NCBI GenBank assembly: GCA_963662655.2
Contig: CAXXTU010000002.1
Location: forward strand, 2,720,001 to 2,784,000
Length of the DNA: 64,000 nt
From: Candidatus Cloacimonadales bacterium
GTDB lineage: Bacteria; Cloacimonadota; Cloacimonadia; Cloacimonadales; JAIOQZ01
Reading direction: 5' to 3'
In this document: one piece after another, positions 38,006 through 47,861 of the stretch
Numbering within the stretch: position 1 is the first letter of the stretch
How the letters are laid out: the number at the start of each line of letters is the position of its first letter
Program-made: the position numbers and the translations under genes
Notes under the pieces: generated by a model
The model's input: the letters and a program-made list of their open reading frames with translations, nothing else
What the model was told of the DNA's origin: nothing
The model's database searches: none

Positions 38006-38481
38006 TGGCAGGCACATGGCAGGAAATCCTCGACTCCGGGCAACTCGGCGTCGCCAACGGCATCGCGCAGCTCGACAAGTCCGGCAAGCTGATCACCGAG
38101 CAGATCCCGCAGATCGAGCCGGGTAACATCACGGGCGTCCTCGAAGCGAGCCAGATCCCCGACCTCGACGCTTCCAAGATCACCACCGGCGTCTTCGTCG
38201 TGGATCGCGTACCCGACCTTGACGCCGCCAAGATCGCGACCGGCGCTCTCGCCACCGACCGCATCCCGACCCTCGCACAGAGCAAGATCACAGGCCTAAC
38301 TACAGCTCTCGCGGCCAAGGTCGAGACCCGCACCAAGATCAACGGCCACGCGCTGGAAGGAGATATCAAGCTCGAGACCACAGACATCATCGAGGAGGTC
38401 ACTGAGCTTCCAGAAGAGGGCGTCATCGGTGAGGTCGTGGCATACGGCGGGAAGCTGTACGTGTGGAGTGGTGATAAGTAG
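38005..38481 (+). CDS. Tail fibre repeat protein
   Basis: NGIAQLDKSGK motif and repeated IPDLDASKITTG units. Confidence 0.7.
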   Translation: MAGTWQEILDSGQLGVANGIAQLDKSGKLITEQIPQIEPGNITGVLEASQIPDLDASKITTGVFVVDRVPDLDAAKIATGALATDRIPTLAQSKITGLTTALAAKVETRTKINGHALEGDIKLETTDIIEEVTELPEEGVIGEVVAYGGKLYVWSGDK

Positions 38482-38497
38482 GATTATCGAGCATCGC

Positions 38498-38531
38498 AGG
38501 CCTGGGTCGAGAGATTCAGGCCTTTCTATTT
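38498..38531 (+). terminator. Terminator of the late operon
   Basis: AGGCCTGGGTC-GAGA-GATTCAGGCCT stem followed by TTCTATTT. Confidence 0.7.
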
Positions 38532-38579
38532 GCCTTGATTTCAGGACAATAGCTTCATTTGTGCCAGCATGTTTTCCTT

Positions 38580-38981
38580 AAGGAAAAACTGCCGTCACTT
38601 GCAGTTTGACTGTAACTTGCCGATTGAAGAGAAGATAGCTGGTATTCGCATGAATGACATTCTGCTTTCTAAACCACTGCAACAACTGGAAAACGGCTCG
38701 AAACGATGGAAAAATTGCCGTCACTGGAAGGAAAGACTGCCGTCACTTGCAACTTGGGAAAGTGACTACATGAATGTGTTTGATGGTGCGGGAGATAAGG
38801 GCATTTCCTGTCACTTCGACTTGTTGCACGATGGAAAACATGCTGTCACAAAGTGGAAAATGAAGGTGTCACTTTACATAAGGAAAACATGCTGTCACAA
38901 AGTGGAAAATGAAGGTGTCACTTTACAAGTGGAAAATGAAGGTGTCACTTTACAACTTTACATTTACACAGTCATTTTACA
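38580..38981 (+). repeat. Prophage right end: array of GGAAA-n-TGCYGTCAC-type sites plus stacked terminal duplications
   Basis: Sites near 38582, 38708, 38730, 38800, 38833 and 38855. 46 bp is identical at 38833-38878 and 38882-38927. Further suffix copies end at 38954, 38962, 38968, 38970 and 38981. Confidence 0.9.
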
Positions 38982-39013
38982 GCATTGCAGATAAACGATC
39001 TATAAGATAAAAG

Positions 39014-39090
39014 TGGTGGGTGATACTGGATTCGAACCAGTGACCTCATCGATGTGAACGATGCGCGCTAACCAGCTGTGCCAATCACCC
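39014..39090 (-). tRNA. tRNA-Val(CAC)
   Basis: GGGTGAT/ATCACCC acceptor stem, CATCG-TTCACAT-CGATG anticodon arm, GGTTCGAATCC T-loop, encoded CCA. Confidence 0.95.
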
Positions 39091-39122
39091 ACTAAAATAA
39101 AAAAGCAGGTTTGTAAAAAAAG

Positions 39123-39199
39123 TGGTGGGTGATACTAGATTCGAACTAGTGACCCCTTCGATGTCAACGAAGTACTCTAACCAACTGAGCTAATCACCC
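39123..39199 (-). tRNA. tRNA-Val(GAC)
   Basis: Cloverleaf with CTTCG-TTGACAT-CGAAG anticodon arm and encoded CCA. Confidence 0.95.
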
Positions 39200-39322
39200 A
39201 CGTACGTTTGAACGTGAAATAAACAATCCTCGAGAATGGGATTTTGTGTCAAGAATTTTTCGGCAAATCCTCACACATGCTATCATAGATGGGGGTCTCC
39301 CCCATTGAGATAACTCAATCCA

Positions 39323-40363
39323 TCAATAGTTTAGCGGAAGCGCGACCTTGTTGCCTGTCTTGGCCGACATATAGATCGCATGGATAATTTCCAGCGACTT
39401 TCGTCCATCTCTACCGTCGGTATGCGGCTTGGTATTCCCCAGGAGGGTGTCGATCACATTCTTGTAATACGGGATATGCCCAAATCCGTATACGTTCGGC
39501 GGTTGGTAATTCGTCTCCGTTACGATACGATCGTCGTCGTCATAGGACTCGAATTCCCACTTTTCGATCTTGTTGACCGCCATTCCGCCGATTTTGACGG
39601 AACCTTTTTCACCGAGGATCGTGATAGAGCCTTCGAAGTTCTTGGGGTAGGTGAGCATGGTTACGTTGATGTTACCAATGACACCGTTGCGGAACTTCAA
39701 GATGGCGCAGCCGGTATCCTCCGTCTCGATCTTCCTCGCCATCGTCGCGGTCTCAGCCAGCACATGATCGACTTCGCCGATCAGCCAGTGAAGCGCGTCC
39801 ACATAGTGACTTGCCTGATTCATGAACGCGCCGCCGTCAAACTCCCAGGTTCCGCGCCAGCTTGCCAGATCGTAATACTCTTGAGGCCTTTGCCAGAACA
39901 CGTTCGATTGAGCAAGGTAGATTCTCCCGAAGCGCTCCTTGTCGATAGCCCTCTTCAGGAGTTGCATAGTCGTATTGAGACGGTTTTGTTTAACCACGAA
40001 AAGCATGACTCGATTCTGGTCGCACGCCTTCACCAAGTCATCCGCTTCGCTCAGCCGTATTGCCATGGGTTTTTCCGTTATCACATGAATTCCACGATTC
40101 GCGGCCTCTATGCCAATTTCAGGATGAATCCCGCTTGGCGTACAGATGATAACCGCATCCGGTTTCTCTTTATCGAGCATCTCGAGGTAATTGGTGTAAT
40201 AGCTATTTACTCCATACTTCTCAGAAGCCTCTCTCGCTCTTTCTTCAACATTGTCCGCACAAGAAACGATGGTTGCATTATCCAGCTGTTTCATCGATTC
40301 AAAATGGTTTCTGGAGATTCTCCCACATCCAATCAGCGCAAATCGTATCCGTTCCATCGTCAT
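39323..40363 (-). CDS. Gfo/Idh/MocA oxidoreductase (WlbA/WbpB-like nucleotide-sugar 3-dehydrogenase)
   Basis: GCGRIS, EKPMA, VVKQNR and WRGTWEFDGGAFMNQASHYVD motifs. Confidence 0.88.
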   Translation of the reverse strand: MTMERIRFALIGCGRISRNHFESMKQLDNATIVSCADNVEERAREASEKYGVNSYYTNYLEMLDKEKPDAVIICTPSGIHPEIGIEAANRGIHVITEKPMAIRLSEADDLVKACDQNRVMLFVVKQNRLNTTMQLLKRAIDKERFGRIYLAQSNVFWQRPQEYYDLASWRGTWEFDGGAFMNQASHYVDALHWLIGEVDHVLAETATMARKIETEDTGCAILKFRNGVIGNINVTMLTYPKNFEGSITILGEKGSVKIGGMAVNKIEKWEFESYDDDDRIVTETNYQPPNVYGFGHIPYYKNVIDTLLGNTKPHTDGRDGRKSLEIIHAIYMSAKTGNKVALPLNY

Positions 40364-40377
40364 TCCTCCAAAGTGAG

Positions 40378-41259
40378 TTACTCAACCCATTCCAGCAAGG
40401 AATAAAGGTACTGGCCATACTGGTTGTTTTTCATTTCCTCAGCTCTAATTTTTAGCTGTTCTCGCGTTATAAATTTCTGCCTGAATGCGATCTCTTCAAG
40501 ACACCCGATCTTGAGATATTGCCGCTCTTCATAAGCCCTGATAAACACCGATGCATCGGCTAAAGACTCGTGCGTTCCGGTGTCCAGCCATGCATATCCC
40601 CTACCGAGAATCTCGACGCTGAGCTTTTCCTGCCTCAGGTATTCTTTGTTCACATCCGTGATTTCCAGCTCGTTACGATTGGAAGGTTTTATATTTTTCG
40701 CAACTTCAATTACGCTGTTCGGGTAGTAGTACAAGCCAACAACCGCGTAATTCGATTTAGGTTTTTCCGGCTTCTCCTCAATCCCCAAAACCTTCTTGTC
40801 CTTGTCGAAATGAACCACGCCATAACGTTGCGGTTTGCTAACCCAGTAACCGAAAACTACGGACATTTTCTCATTTTCAACCGTCGTAACGGCATTATGA
40901 AGGAAGTCGACAAGCTTGTTCCCATAGAAGATGTTGTCGCCAAGAATCAAGCAGACATCATCGTCGCCAATGAAATCCTCACCGATGAGAAACGCCTGGG
41001 CGATGCCCTCCGGTTTGGGTTGCTCCTTGTAATTGAGATTGATGCCGAAATCGCTTCCATCTCCCAGAAGCCTTTGAAACATCGGTAGATCATCCGGGGT
41101 TGAAATAATGAGAATCTCCCTGATCCCGGACAGCATCAAGACGGATAAGGGGTAATATATCATCGGCTTATCGTGAACAGGGAGCAATTGCTTGCTCACT
41201 GCTTTCGTTGCCGGATAAAGCCTGGTTCCACTTCCACCTGCGAGGACTATTCCCTTCAT
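40378..41259 (-). CDS. rfbA: Glucose-1-phosphate thymidylyltransferase
   Basis: [23 protein letters not shown] and [10 protein letters not shown] motifs. Confidence 0.95.
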   Translation of the reverse strand: MKGIVLAGGSGTRLYPATKAVSKQLLPVHDKPMIYYPLSVLMLSGIREILIISTPDDLPMFQRLLGDGSDFGINLNYKEQPKPEGIAQAFLIGEDFIGDDDVCLILGDNIFYGNKLVDFLHNAVTTVENEKMSVVFGYWVSKPQRYGVVHFDKDKKVLGIEEKPEKPKSNYAVVGLYYYPNSVIEVAKNIKPSNRNELEITDVNKEYLRQEKLSVEILGRGYAWLDTGTHESLADASVFIRAYEERQYLKIGCLEEIAFRQKFITREQLKIRAEEMKNNQYGQYLYSLLEWVE

Positions 41260-41464
41260 AACCACCTCCATAGGGTTGATAACTTCTCCCACTCATAGAT
41301 TAACAGGTTAAAACTTGTGTCCAGATTTTTCTTGGGAATTCGTCCACGAACCTGATTATTACACTTTTAGCCAGAGCAATTTTCGTTCTCAATCGCTTGT
41401 TTTTTCCCTTGACAGTCAAGCATTGAAATCAATTCTGCGTTGAGGAAATCTGAAAAGGACAGGT

Positions 41465-42739
41465 ATGTACGCAAGTAGCAGATACATTAAACTGAATTCG
41501 AAACTGGATTATGCCCTGGTATACTGGGTTGCATTATTCCCACTCGTAAATATGATTATATATTACGCTACGGGGAAGTTGTTTCCCATTTTCTTCATTC
41601 CTTTTCTTTTCATACTTGTTATACTTGCAATCATTCAATCCGCCTTGTCAAACAAAGTCATCCACATGCCTCCATATCTCATTCTATTCGGACTATTTGC
41701 TTTATATCGCACACTCTGGTTATTTAATTTCTATATTATTGGAACCTACCAATCAAATTGGGACTTCATCTTTATATTGATTCGAGATCGCTTCTTGAAG
41801 TCTTTCCTTTTGCTCTTGCTAATGGAAAACATCTTTCTTAGCGATCATGAGCTAAAAAAAGTTATTTATCTTATAATCATTATTATTGGATGTGGATTAT
41901 TCTATTCAACACTGCAGATTGTCTATGGATATTCTTTTCTTAATCCATTTGCAGCATATAAAAACCTAGATGTTGCTGATTTCTCAATTAGATCTCAATC
42001 AATTTTTGTCTGGGCAAATGCTCAAGAACTCGGAATGAGCGTTCCGATGCTTTTGGCATTAATCCTTCCATTTCTTGAGAAGCGAAAGTTTCTTCGATTG
42101 TTCACAATCATCAGTTCGGGTATTATAATATTCCTTAACATGAGCCGTTACATGCAGTTAACCTTTACCGTCGTTTTATTAACATACCCACTAACATACA
42201 AAAAACACAGGGCAAGAGAAACCATATACAATACCTTCATTATCCTTATCTTGCTTACGAGCCTTATTGCAGTCACATCTGTTACAGTGCTTTCAAAAGA
42301 CAGTCTTATAAATAGGCTTACTTCCGATTCATATCGCTCAAGATTGCTAGCAGTTGAGCTTTTTAAGAAATTTATAGGTGAAAATCTGATTTTTGGAACT
42401 GGCGGAGTTAATACTTATGACCTGGTTAGAGAATTGGATGGAAGAAGTTCTCATATTCATGTTGGCTGGCTTTCCATTTTTTATTATTATGGACTTCTTG
42501 GCGGCTTGTTATACATTTCATCGTTTATTCTCTTAATTCGAGATACTTACAAATTAGGCAAAAAGAATTCCTATTGGGGGGCAACCATTGCCCTTTTAAC
42601 ATTTGCCATTGCTAATATGACAGGTACTAGCTTATATCTTGATTTTATCGGTTTTTCAATTCTAGTATTGATTAAAAATTTCATTATTCAACACCCTCAA
42701 CCAGAAACTCCAACTTACATCAACAAGGAATACGCATGA
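41465..42739 (+). CDS. O-antigen polymerase/ligase (Wzy/WaaL-like)
   Basis: Many TM helices; IFGTG...HIHVGWL...GLLG motif; AT-rich. Confidence 0.8.
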   Translation: MYASSRYIKLNSKLDYALVYWVALFPLVNMIIYYATGKLFPIFFIPFLFILVILAIIQSALSNKVIHMPPYLILFGLFALYRTLWLFNFYIIGTYQSNWDFIFILIRDRFLKSFLLLLLMENIFLSDHELKKVIYLIIIIIGCGLFYSTLQIVYGYSFLNPFAAYKNLDVADFSIRSQSIFVWANAQELGMSVPMLLALILPFLEKRKFLRLFTIISSGIIIFLNMSRYMQLTFTVVLLTYPLTYKKHRARETIYNTFIILILLTSLIAVTSVTVLSKDSLINRLTSDSYRSRLLAVELFKKFIGENLIFGTGGVNTYDLVRELDGRSSHIHVGWLSIFYYYGLLGGLLYISSFILLIRDTYKLGKKNSYWGATIALLTFAIANMTGTSLYLDFIGFSILVLIKNFIIQHPQPETPTYINKEYA

Positions 42740-44010
42740 GAGTGCTTGTGTTGTATGATGGTTTGACAAGAGAAGCCCAAAAGGCATTTGGTGCAAAAGG
42801 TAAGATAAACACTTGGATCGATGGAATGGAGACTGCTTTTCATAAATTGACCAGCGACAATGTCAGTTTCGGTTTTGCATCTATTCACGGTATCCCTGGT
42901 AAAACAGTAACAAGTGGGCGATTCTCATATATAGGTTCGCTTGACAAGGCTGATATCAAAAAAGGCCTTTACCGAAGAAAATATGAAAAAGCACTTCAAT
43001 TGTATCAGGAGAGTTATCGCAAAGTAGTTAAAGAATTCAATCCCGACGTGATCCATGTTTCCGGCTCGGAACATCCCTATGTTTTTGTGTGTTCTGAATT
43101 TCCAGAGATAACAATCATCTCTATTCAGGGGATTCGCGCCGTAACCCAGTATTATTCCGACAGATATTCCGAAGAATTGGCAAAACAAGAAAGCCTTAAT
43201 AGCTCTCCAATAAAAACGATTATAAAAAAAGCATTGTATGGAGAAAATATTCACTGGCTTTCAGAGTATGAAACGAATCACATCAAGAACGCGAAGTACA
43301 TTAACACGCAGAACGAATACTCCACAATGTATTTCTCCATGCTCAATCCTGACGCTACATACTTACAGTTCGAGAAAATCATCCGCAAAGAATTCTATAA
43401 TTCTGAGTGGAATCCTGTTAATGTTTCTCTCAATCGTGTTTTCACAATTATTTCAAATCAAGTGTCTTACAAAGGTTATGACACGCTTGTGAACACAATT
43501 ATACAGCTTCATAAAACAGGTAATAGAGAGATTACGTTCAATATTGGCGGTGTCAGAAGCGATTCCCCCATTGGCAAAATAATACTGAAGCGACTTAGAT
43601 CAAATGGGATTCCAATCGCCTCTATTAATTTCCTGGGATATCTTAATACCGAGCAAGTGGTTATGCACTTGCAAAACACTTCGGTTTTTGCTCTCTTCTC
43701 ACACATTGAGAACACACCAAACACATTGAAAGAAGCCCAGATGATGGGAGTGCCATGTGTTGCGCCTTATGTTGGTGGAGTTTCTTCACTTCTACAGGAC
43801 AGAAAAGAAGGTTTGATTTTTCAAGATACGAATTTCTATTCTGCCGCTTCTATGATTCTCTGGCTTTTACGTCATCCCAGGCAGGCGATTGAATATGGTA
43901 GAAATGCACGAAAAAGACGCCTTGAAGATAATAATCCCGAAAAAATAACCGAACAAATTATAAGAGCCTATCACACAATATATGAAAGCAATAGAAACAA
44001 AAAGCAATAA
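42736..44010 (+). CDS. Glycosyltransferase family 4
   Basis: PDVIHVSGSE and ENTPNTLKEAQMMGVPCVA motifs. Confidence 0.88.
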   Translation: MRVLVLYDGLTREAQKAFGAKGKINTWIDGMETAFHKLTSDNVSFGFASIHGIPGKTVTSGRFSYIGSLDKADIKKGLYRRKYEKALQLYQESYRKVVKEFNPDVIHVSGSEHPYVFVCSEFPEITIISIQGIRAVTQYYSDRYSEELAKQESLNSSPIKTIIKKALYGENIHWLSEYETNHIKNAKYINTQNEYSTMYFSMLNPDATYLQFEKIIRKEFYNSEWNPVNVSLNRVFTIISNQVSYKGYDTLVNTIIQLHKTGNREITFNIGGVRSDSPIGKIILKRLRSNGIPIASINFLGYLNTEQVVMHLQNTSVFALFSHIENTPNTLKEAQMMGVPCVAPYVGGVSSLLQDRKEGLIFQDTNFYSAASMILWLLRHPRQAIEYGRNARKRRLEDNNPEKITEQIIRAYHTIYESNRNKKQ

Positions 44011-45313
44011 AAATATCTTACATTTTATTCCAAAAAACGCGTGGCTGAAAGTTAAAAAAAGACTTAGAGACAACTTCAAGAATACTTTATTAAGCTATTC
44101 TGCAGTTATTATTCAAATTGCTATAGGCATTTTCACAGCTCCCATCTTCGCGCAAAACCTATCGCCGACAGATTATTCCATCGTTAGTTATTATAACTCG
44201 CTTGTGCTTTTCCTTTACCCAGTTTTACATCTTTCATTTGGAAACTATTATAGCGTGATGTTTCACAAGAAAAGCGAAGAAGAAAGAAAACGTCTCTTGT
44301 TCAATCTTGTCGTTTTCCTCTCTGTATTTGACATTGTCTTACTTGTTATCAGCTATTACATTTTTGTTCTATATTTCAATGTAGCCCATGTCAGCTTCGA
44401 CCTGACGCCTTACATTTTTATTGTACTTGCTCAAATTTACTTCTTTGTCTGGTTTGTCTTTCAGCAGACCCATTATCGAATGAAACGCGAATTTTTGAAG
44501 TACTTTTTAATTACTACTTTGAAAAACGTCTCATCCATAGGATCTGCCTTGGTTCTCGTAGCATTATATAAGATGGGAGCTACGGGACGCCTGTTGGGAG
44601 GAACAATTGGTACTTTTCTTGCCGGCGTTGTTTCAATCAGCCTTTTACGAAGTAAAATGCAGCCTACATTTGACTTTCAGATTATTAAAGACGCTCTGAA
44701 ATTCTGTGGGCCACTAATTTTGAGTGGGCTGGTCATTATTCCCTTCAGAGCTTTGGACGGAATTCTACTTGAGAAAAAGCACGACGTAGATTCGTTCAGC
44801 TTATACAGTATTGGCAAGAACCATGCGAACTATATATACGTTTTTGGAACATCCATATATCAGGCTTTTGAAACAGAGCTCTTCCTGAACATACATAATA
44901 AAGCAAGAAAGCAAATGTACATAAACATGTTCATCATGTCGGTGCTATTACTTGCGCCAACAGCCTTATATATTATCTTTGCAAAACCTATAGCAAACTA
45001 TCTCACCAGCGGACGCTACGTCGATGCGTATTATTACGGCAGAATTCACGCGATCGGATTCTTCTTTGTGAATGTGAGCGTGTTCATTCGCACCGTTGTA
45101 ATGGGGAAACAAAAGAGTTCAATGTACTTCTTCATCAACCTGACCGGAGCCCTTGCAAGCATTGTGCTCTACAATATAATGATTACTTTTTTCGGTTTCA
45201 CCGGCGCAGCTATTACGCGTTCCCTCGTACCGATCACAATGATCATGTTTGTTGTAATATATTATATGATCAAATGGAAGAAGGCTAAATCGAAATCCAA
45301 ACGTCCAGTTTAA
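43982..45313 (+). CDS. Polysaccharide flippase (Wzx-like)
   Basis: About 12 TM helices; PIFAQNLSPTDY and FGFTGAA patterns; start uncertain. Confidence 0.82.
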   Translation: MKAIETKSNKNILHFIPKNAWLKVKKRLRDNFKNTLLSYSAVIIQIAIGIFTAPIFAQNLSPTDYSIVSYYNSLVLFLYPVLHLSFGNYYSVMFHKKSEEERKRLLFNLVVFLSVFDIVLLVISYYIFVLYFNVAHVSFDLTPYIFIVLAQIYFFVWFVFQQTHYRMKREFLKYFLITTLKNVSSIGSALVLVALYKMGATGRLLGGTIGTFLAGVVSISLLRSKMQPTFDFQIIKDALKFCGPLILSGLVIIPFRALDGILLEKKHDVDSFSLYSIGKNHANYIYVFGTSIYQAFETELFLNIHNKARKQMYINMFIMSVLLLAPTALYIIFAKPIANYLTSGRYVDAYYYGRIHAIGFFFVNVSVFIRTVVMGKQKSSMYFFINLTGALASIVLYNIMITFFGFTGAAITRSLVPITMIMFVVIYYMIKWKKAKSKSKRPV

Positions 45314-46026
45314 CGTTCGGAATGAGTTTCTTTGATTGCACCGGGTGTTCCCCCCGGCGCAGTTTTGTATCCGCTTCAGTACTCGAAAATCATCAACAAT
45401 CGGGCCACCGGGATATGGGATAAATAGTTCCATTATCCTTTCACCAGGCTACAGAATGGAAGCGTTCTCCATCCCTGCACAGAGCACTAGAAATTTGCAA
45501 AAAGTAATTGACACCAGATTTTTCCAGAATCCAATTTCATTCATTGCATTTCAAACAATGTGTCACGCAGTCGATTACACGCTCTATAAACATGTTTTAA
45601 ACCTTATCCAAACATTTTTTTTCCGCTTTCCTAACAAGTACGATTGTTGCCTGTAATGTATTCAGTTAACCGGCATACCCATCGTAAACCATTTTTCCGA
45701 ATCGATGATTTAATTGCATGCAGAGCAGTTTCTTAATACCAATTACAAAACTGTAGAAAACAGGAAGAATCCCGTGATAACCGCCTTGACAAATAATTTT
45801 GAGAATGGATTTTTGATAGGTTGGATGTGTCGGAAACGGATATTCAGTTTTAGAAAGAACCGACTTTTGATCAGTTTGCCATGCGAGTGTTTCGCATGAT
45901 AGCAAGCGTCATGAAATTAGTAATCAACTGGTTGTGAATGGAAAAACGGAAATCGTTATACTGGGATTGCACGCTCTGGCAATCATGTTTTCTTCCTTTT
46001 CACCCGGGCATTGTACTTCAAGGTTA

Positions 46027-46137
46027 TGTGGATAAATTTCGAACCCAAATTTGTATGCTCGTTTTTATCTTACTGCCAAATAGATACTTGAAGTGCAATA
46101 ACATTGAAACATCGGATGTGGATAAGTTCGTGGATAA
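46027..46137. promoter_or_regulatory. DnaA boxes upstream of dnaA
   Basis: TGTGGATAA at 46027 and 46117; CGTGGATAA at 46129. Confidence 0.85.
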
Positions 46138-46177
46138 CTCCGATTAACACGATTATCAGCGTCATTTGAGGAGCTTT

Positions 46178-47515
46178 ATGGAAAGAGACCAGGATATATG
46201 GGAAAATGTTTTAAACACGCTCGAAGATCATATCAACCCGAAGAGTTTTAAAACCTGGTTCAGCGATACCAAGCTGATCGATATCGACAATAACATCATG
46301 CTGGTGCAAGTACCCACAAAATTCACCGCAGATTTCCTGAACCAGAATTATACAGTTCTATTATCCGAGATATCGTACAACCTGTACAAGAAAGAATACA
46401 AGGTACGATTCACCAATTATCCGTTGAACAAGCAGAGAAACGGCAGTTTCAAGCTCAACGGTAATCAGAAACAACCTGAAAACAGCAAACTCAATCTCAA
46501 GTATACCTTCGACCAGTTCGTCGTCGGTAAAAGCAACAATTTCGCTCATTCGGCCTCTCTCGCAGTTGCCGAGTCACCCGGTACCGCGTACAACCCGTTG
46601 TTCATCTATGGAGAATCCGGAATGGGGAAAACCCACCTCATGCAAGCGATCGGTAATTTCGTGAACGAGGAAAGCGGTTCGAAATACGTTTATTATACCA
46701 CGACAGAGGAATTCACCAACGAGATGATCGACGCGATTCAGACAAAGAAGATGACCGAGTTCCGCAACAAGTTCCGCAACGTGGACGTCCTGCTCGTTGA
46801 CGACATCCATTTCCTCGCGGGCAAAGAGAGTACGCAGGAAACCTTCTTTCACACCTTCAACGCGCTCTACGAGAGCAAGAAGCAGATCGTCATCACCAGC
46901 GATCGTCCCCTCAAGGACATCCACGATCTGGAGAAGCGACTCGTGACCCGCTTCGAATGGGGCCTGATGGCCGATCTGAAGAGTCCCGATTTCGAGACGC
47001 GCGTCGCTATCCTCAGAAAGAAAGCGGAAAACGAGGATATCAACCTCCGCGACGATGTAATCGGCTTCATCGCCGAGTTCGTTTCCAGCAACGTTCGCGC
47101 GCTGGAAGGCTCCCTCATTCGCATCCTGGCATACGCTTCCTACAATAACCTCAATACGGAAGACATCGATCCGGAACTCGCCAAGGAGATTCTTTCCGAC
47201 CTCATATCCGAGAAGGTTCGCGATATCAATCTGGACACCATCATGCAAAAGGTGTGCGACATGTACAACGTCACACCCGCACAGCTCATCGATAAAACCA
47301 GAAAGAAGCACATCGCCTTCCCGAGACAGGTCGCGATGTACCTCTCCAACCTCCTGATTCCACAATCATCATTGAAGGAAATTGCCGCTTATTACAAGCG
47401 TAAAGACCACACAACCGTGCTTCACGCGAAGAAGATGATCGAGAACCAGTTCCGTTCCGACAATAAATTCAGAATCCAGATAGAGCTCCTCATCAAGGAA
47501 ATCAAGAACACCTGA
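46178..47515 (+). CDS. dnaA: Chromosomal replication initiator DnaA
   Basis: YNPLFIYGESGMGKTHL, LLVDDI, SNVRALEG, RQVAMYL and DHTTVLH motifs; GAGGAG RBS before the ATG at 46178. Confidence 0.98.
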   Translation: MERDQDIWENVLNTLEDHINPKSFKTWFSDTKLIDIDNNIMLVQVPTKFTADFLNQNYTVLLSEISYNLYKKEYKVRFTNYPLNKQRNGSFKLNGNQKQPENSKLNLKYTFDQFVVGKSNNFAHSASLAVAESPGTAYNPLFIYGESGMGKTHLMQAIGNFVNEESGSKYVYYTTTEEFTNEMIDAIQTKKMTEFRNKFRNVDVLLVDDIHFLAGKESTQETFFHTFNALYESKKQIVITSDRPLKDIHDLEKRLVTRFEWGLMADLKSPDFETRVAILRKKAENEDINLRDDVIGFIAEFVSSNVRALEGSLIRILAYASYNNLNTEDIDPELAKEILSDLISEKVRDINLDTIMQKVCDMYNVTPAQLIDKTRKKHIAFPRQVAMYLSNLLIPQSSLKEIAAYYKRKDHTTVLHAKKMIENQFRSDNKFRIQIELLIKEIKNT

Positions 47516-47599
47516 TCGAGGCTCGCCTCTCCCCTATTCGATTATCGATTGGAAGGTTACATAACAATGACACGCAGGGGCTTTTCAGCGAAAAAATCA

Positions 47600-47855
47600 T
47601 TGTCCACTTATCCACATGAAAGCGTGTTGATCGCTGTGGATAACCCCTGAAATTTCTTTGACAAAATCATCCTGTGTGGATAAGTGGTAAGTTATTCTTC
47701 AGCAGTCCACGGGTTATCCACAAAACTGCCGAAGATGTAACTGGTAACAAGAGAGTGTTTTTGGCGTTATGCCTGCAGGGTTATGCCCATATCCACAGCC
47801 CTTGTTATTATTATTATCTCTAAAATCATATATATAATAGAATTTATAATAAGGA
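47600..47855. other. oriC: Replication origin oriC (DnaA boxes, trio-like repeats, AT-rich unwinding region)
   Basis: Perfect boxes at 47608, 47635, 47675 and 47714; near-perfect box at 47789; then GCCC, (TTA)n and an AT-rich tract. Confidence 0.85.
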
Positions 47856-47861
47856 ATACGT

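Larger units (their letters stand above)
4026..38970 (+). mobile_element. Mu-like transposable prophage, probably tail-defective, with cargo insertions
   Basis: Repressor-ner-A-B order followed by terminase, head and tail genes. TGT...ACA termini: left TGTAAGTTGACACCC resembles the reverse complement of the right end, TGTAAAGTGACACC. Candidate 5-bp duplication GTCAC (4021-4025) / GTCAT (38971-38975). The exact right boundary is ambiguous between 38878 and 38981. Confidence 0.88.

Noticed and set aside
36637..38481. Invertible tail-fibre segment (Mu G-like)
   Set aside because: No invertase, no flanking inverted repeats and no opposite-strand fibre copy.
38833..38981. CRISPR array
   Set aside because: Units are head-to-tail suffixes of varying length with no unique spacers, and no cas genes are present.
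38569..38994. 141-aa ORF over the right end
   Set aside because: It is a translation of the end repeats (VENEGVTL) with no RBS or recognisable domain.
39014..39199. Integrase-type attL/attR at tRNA-Val
   Set aside because: No tRNA 3' fragment is seen at the left boundary, there is no tyrosine or serine recombinase, and both tRNAs are intact and outside the element.
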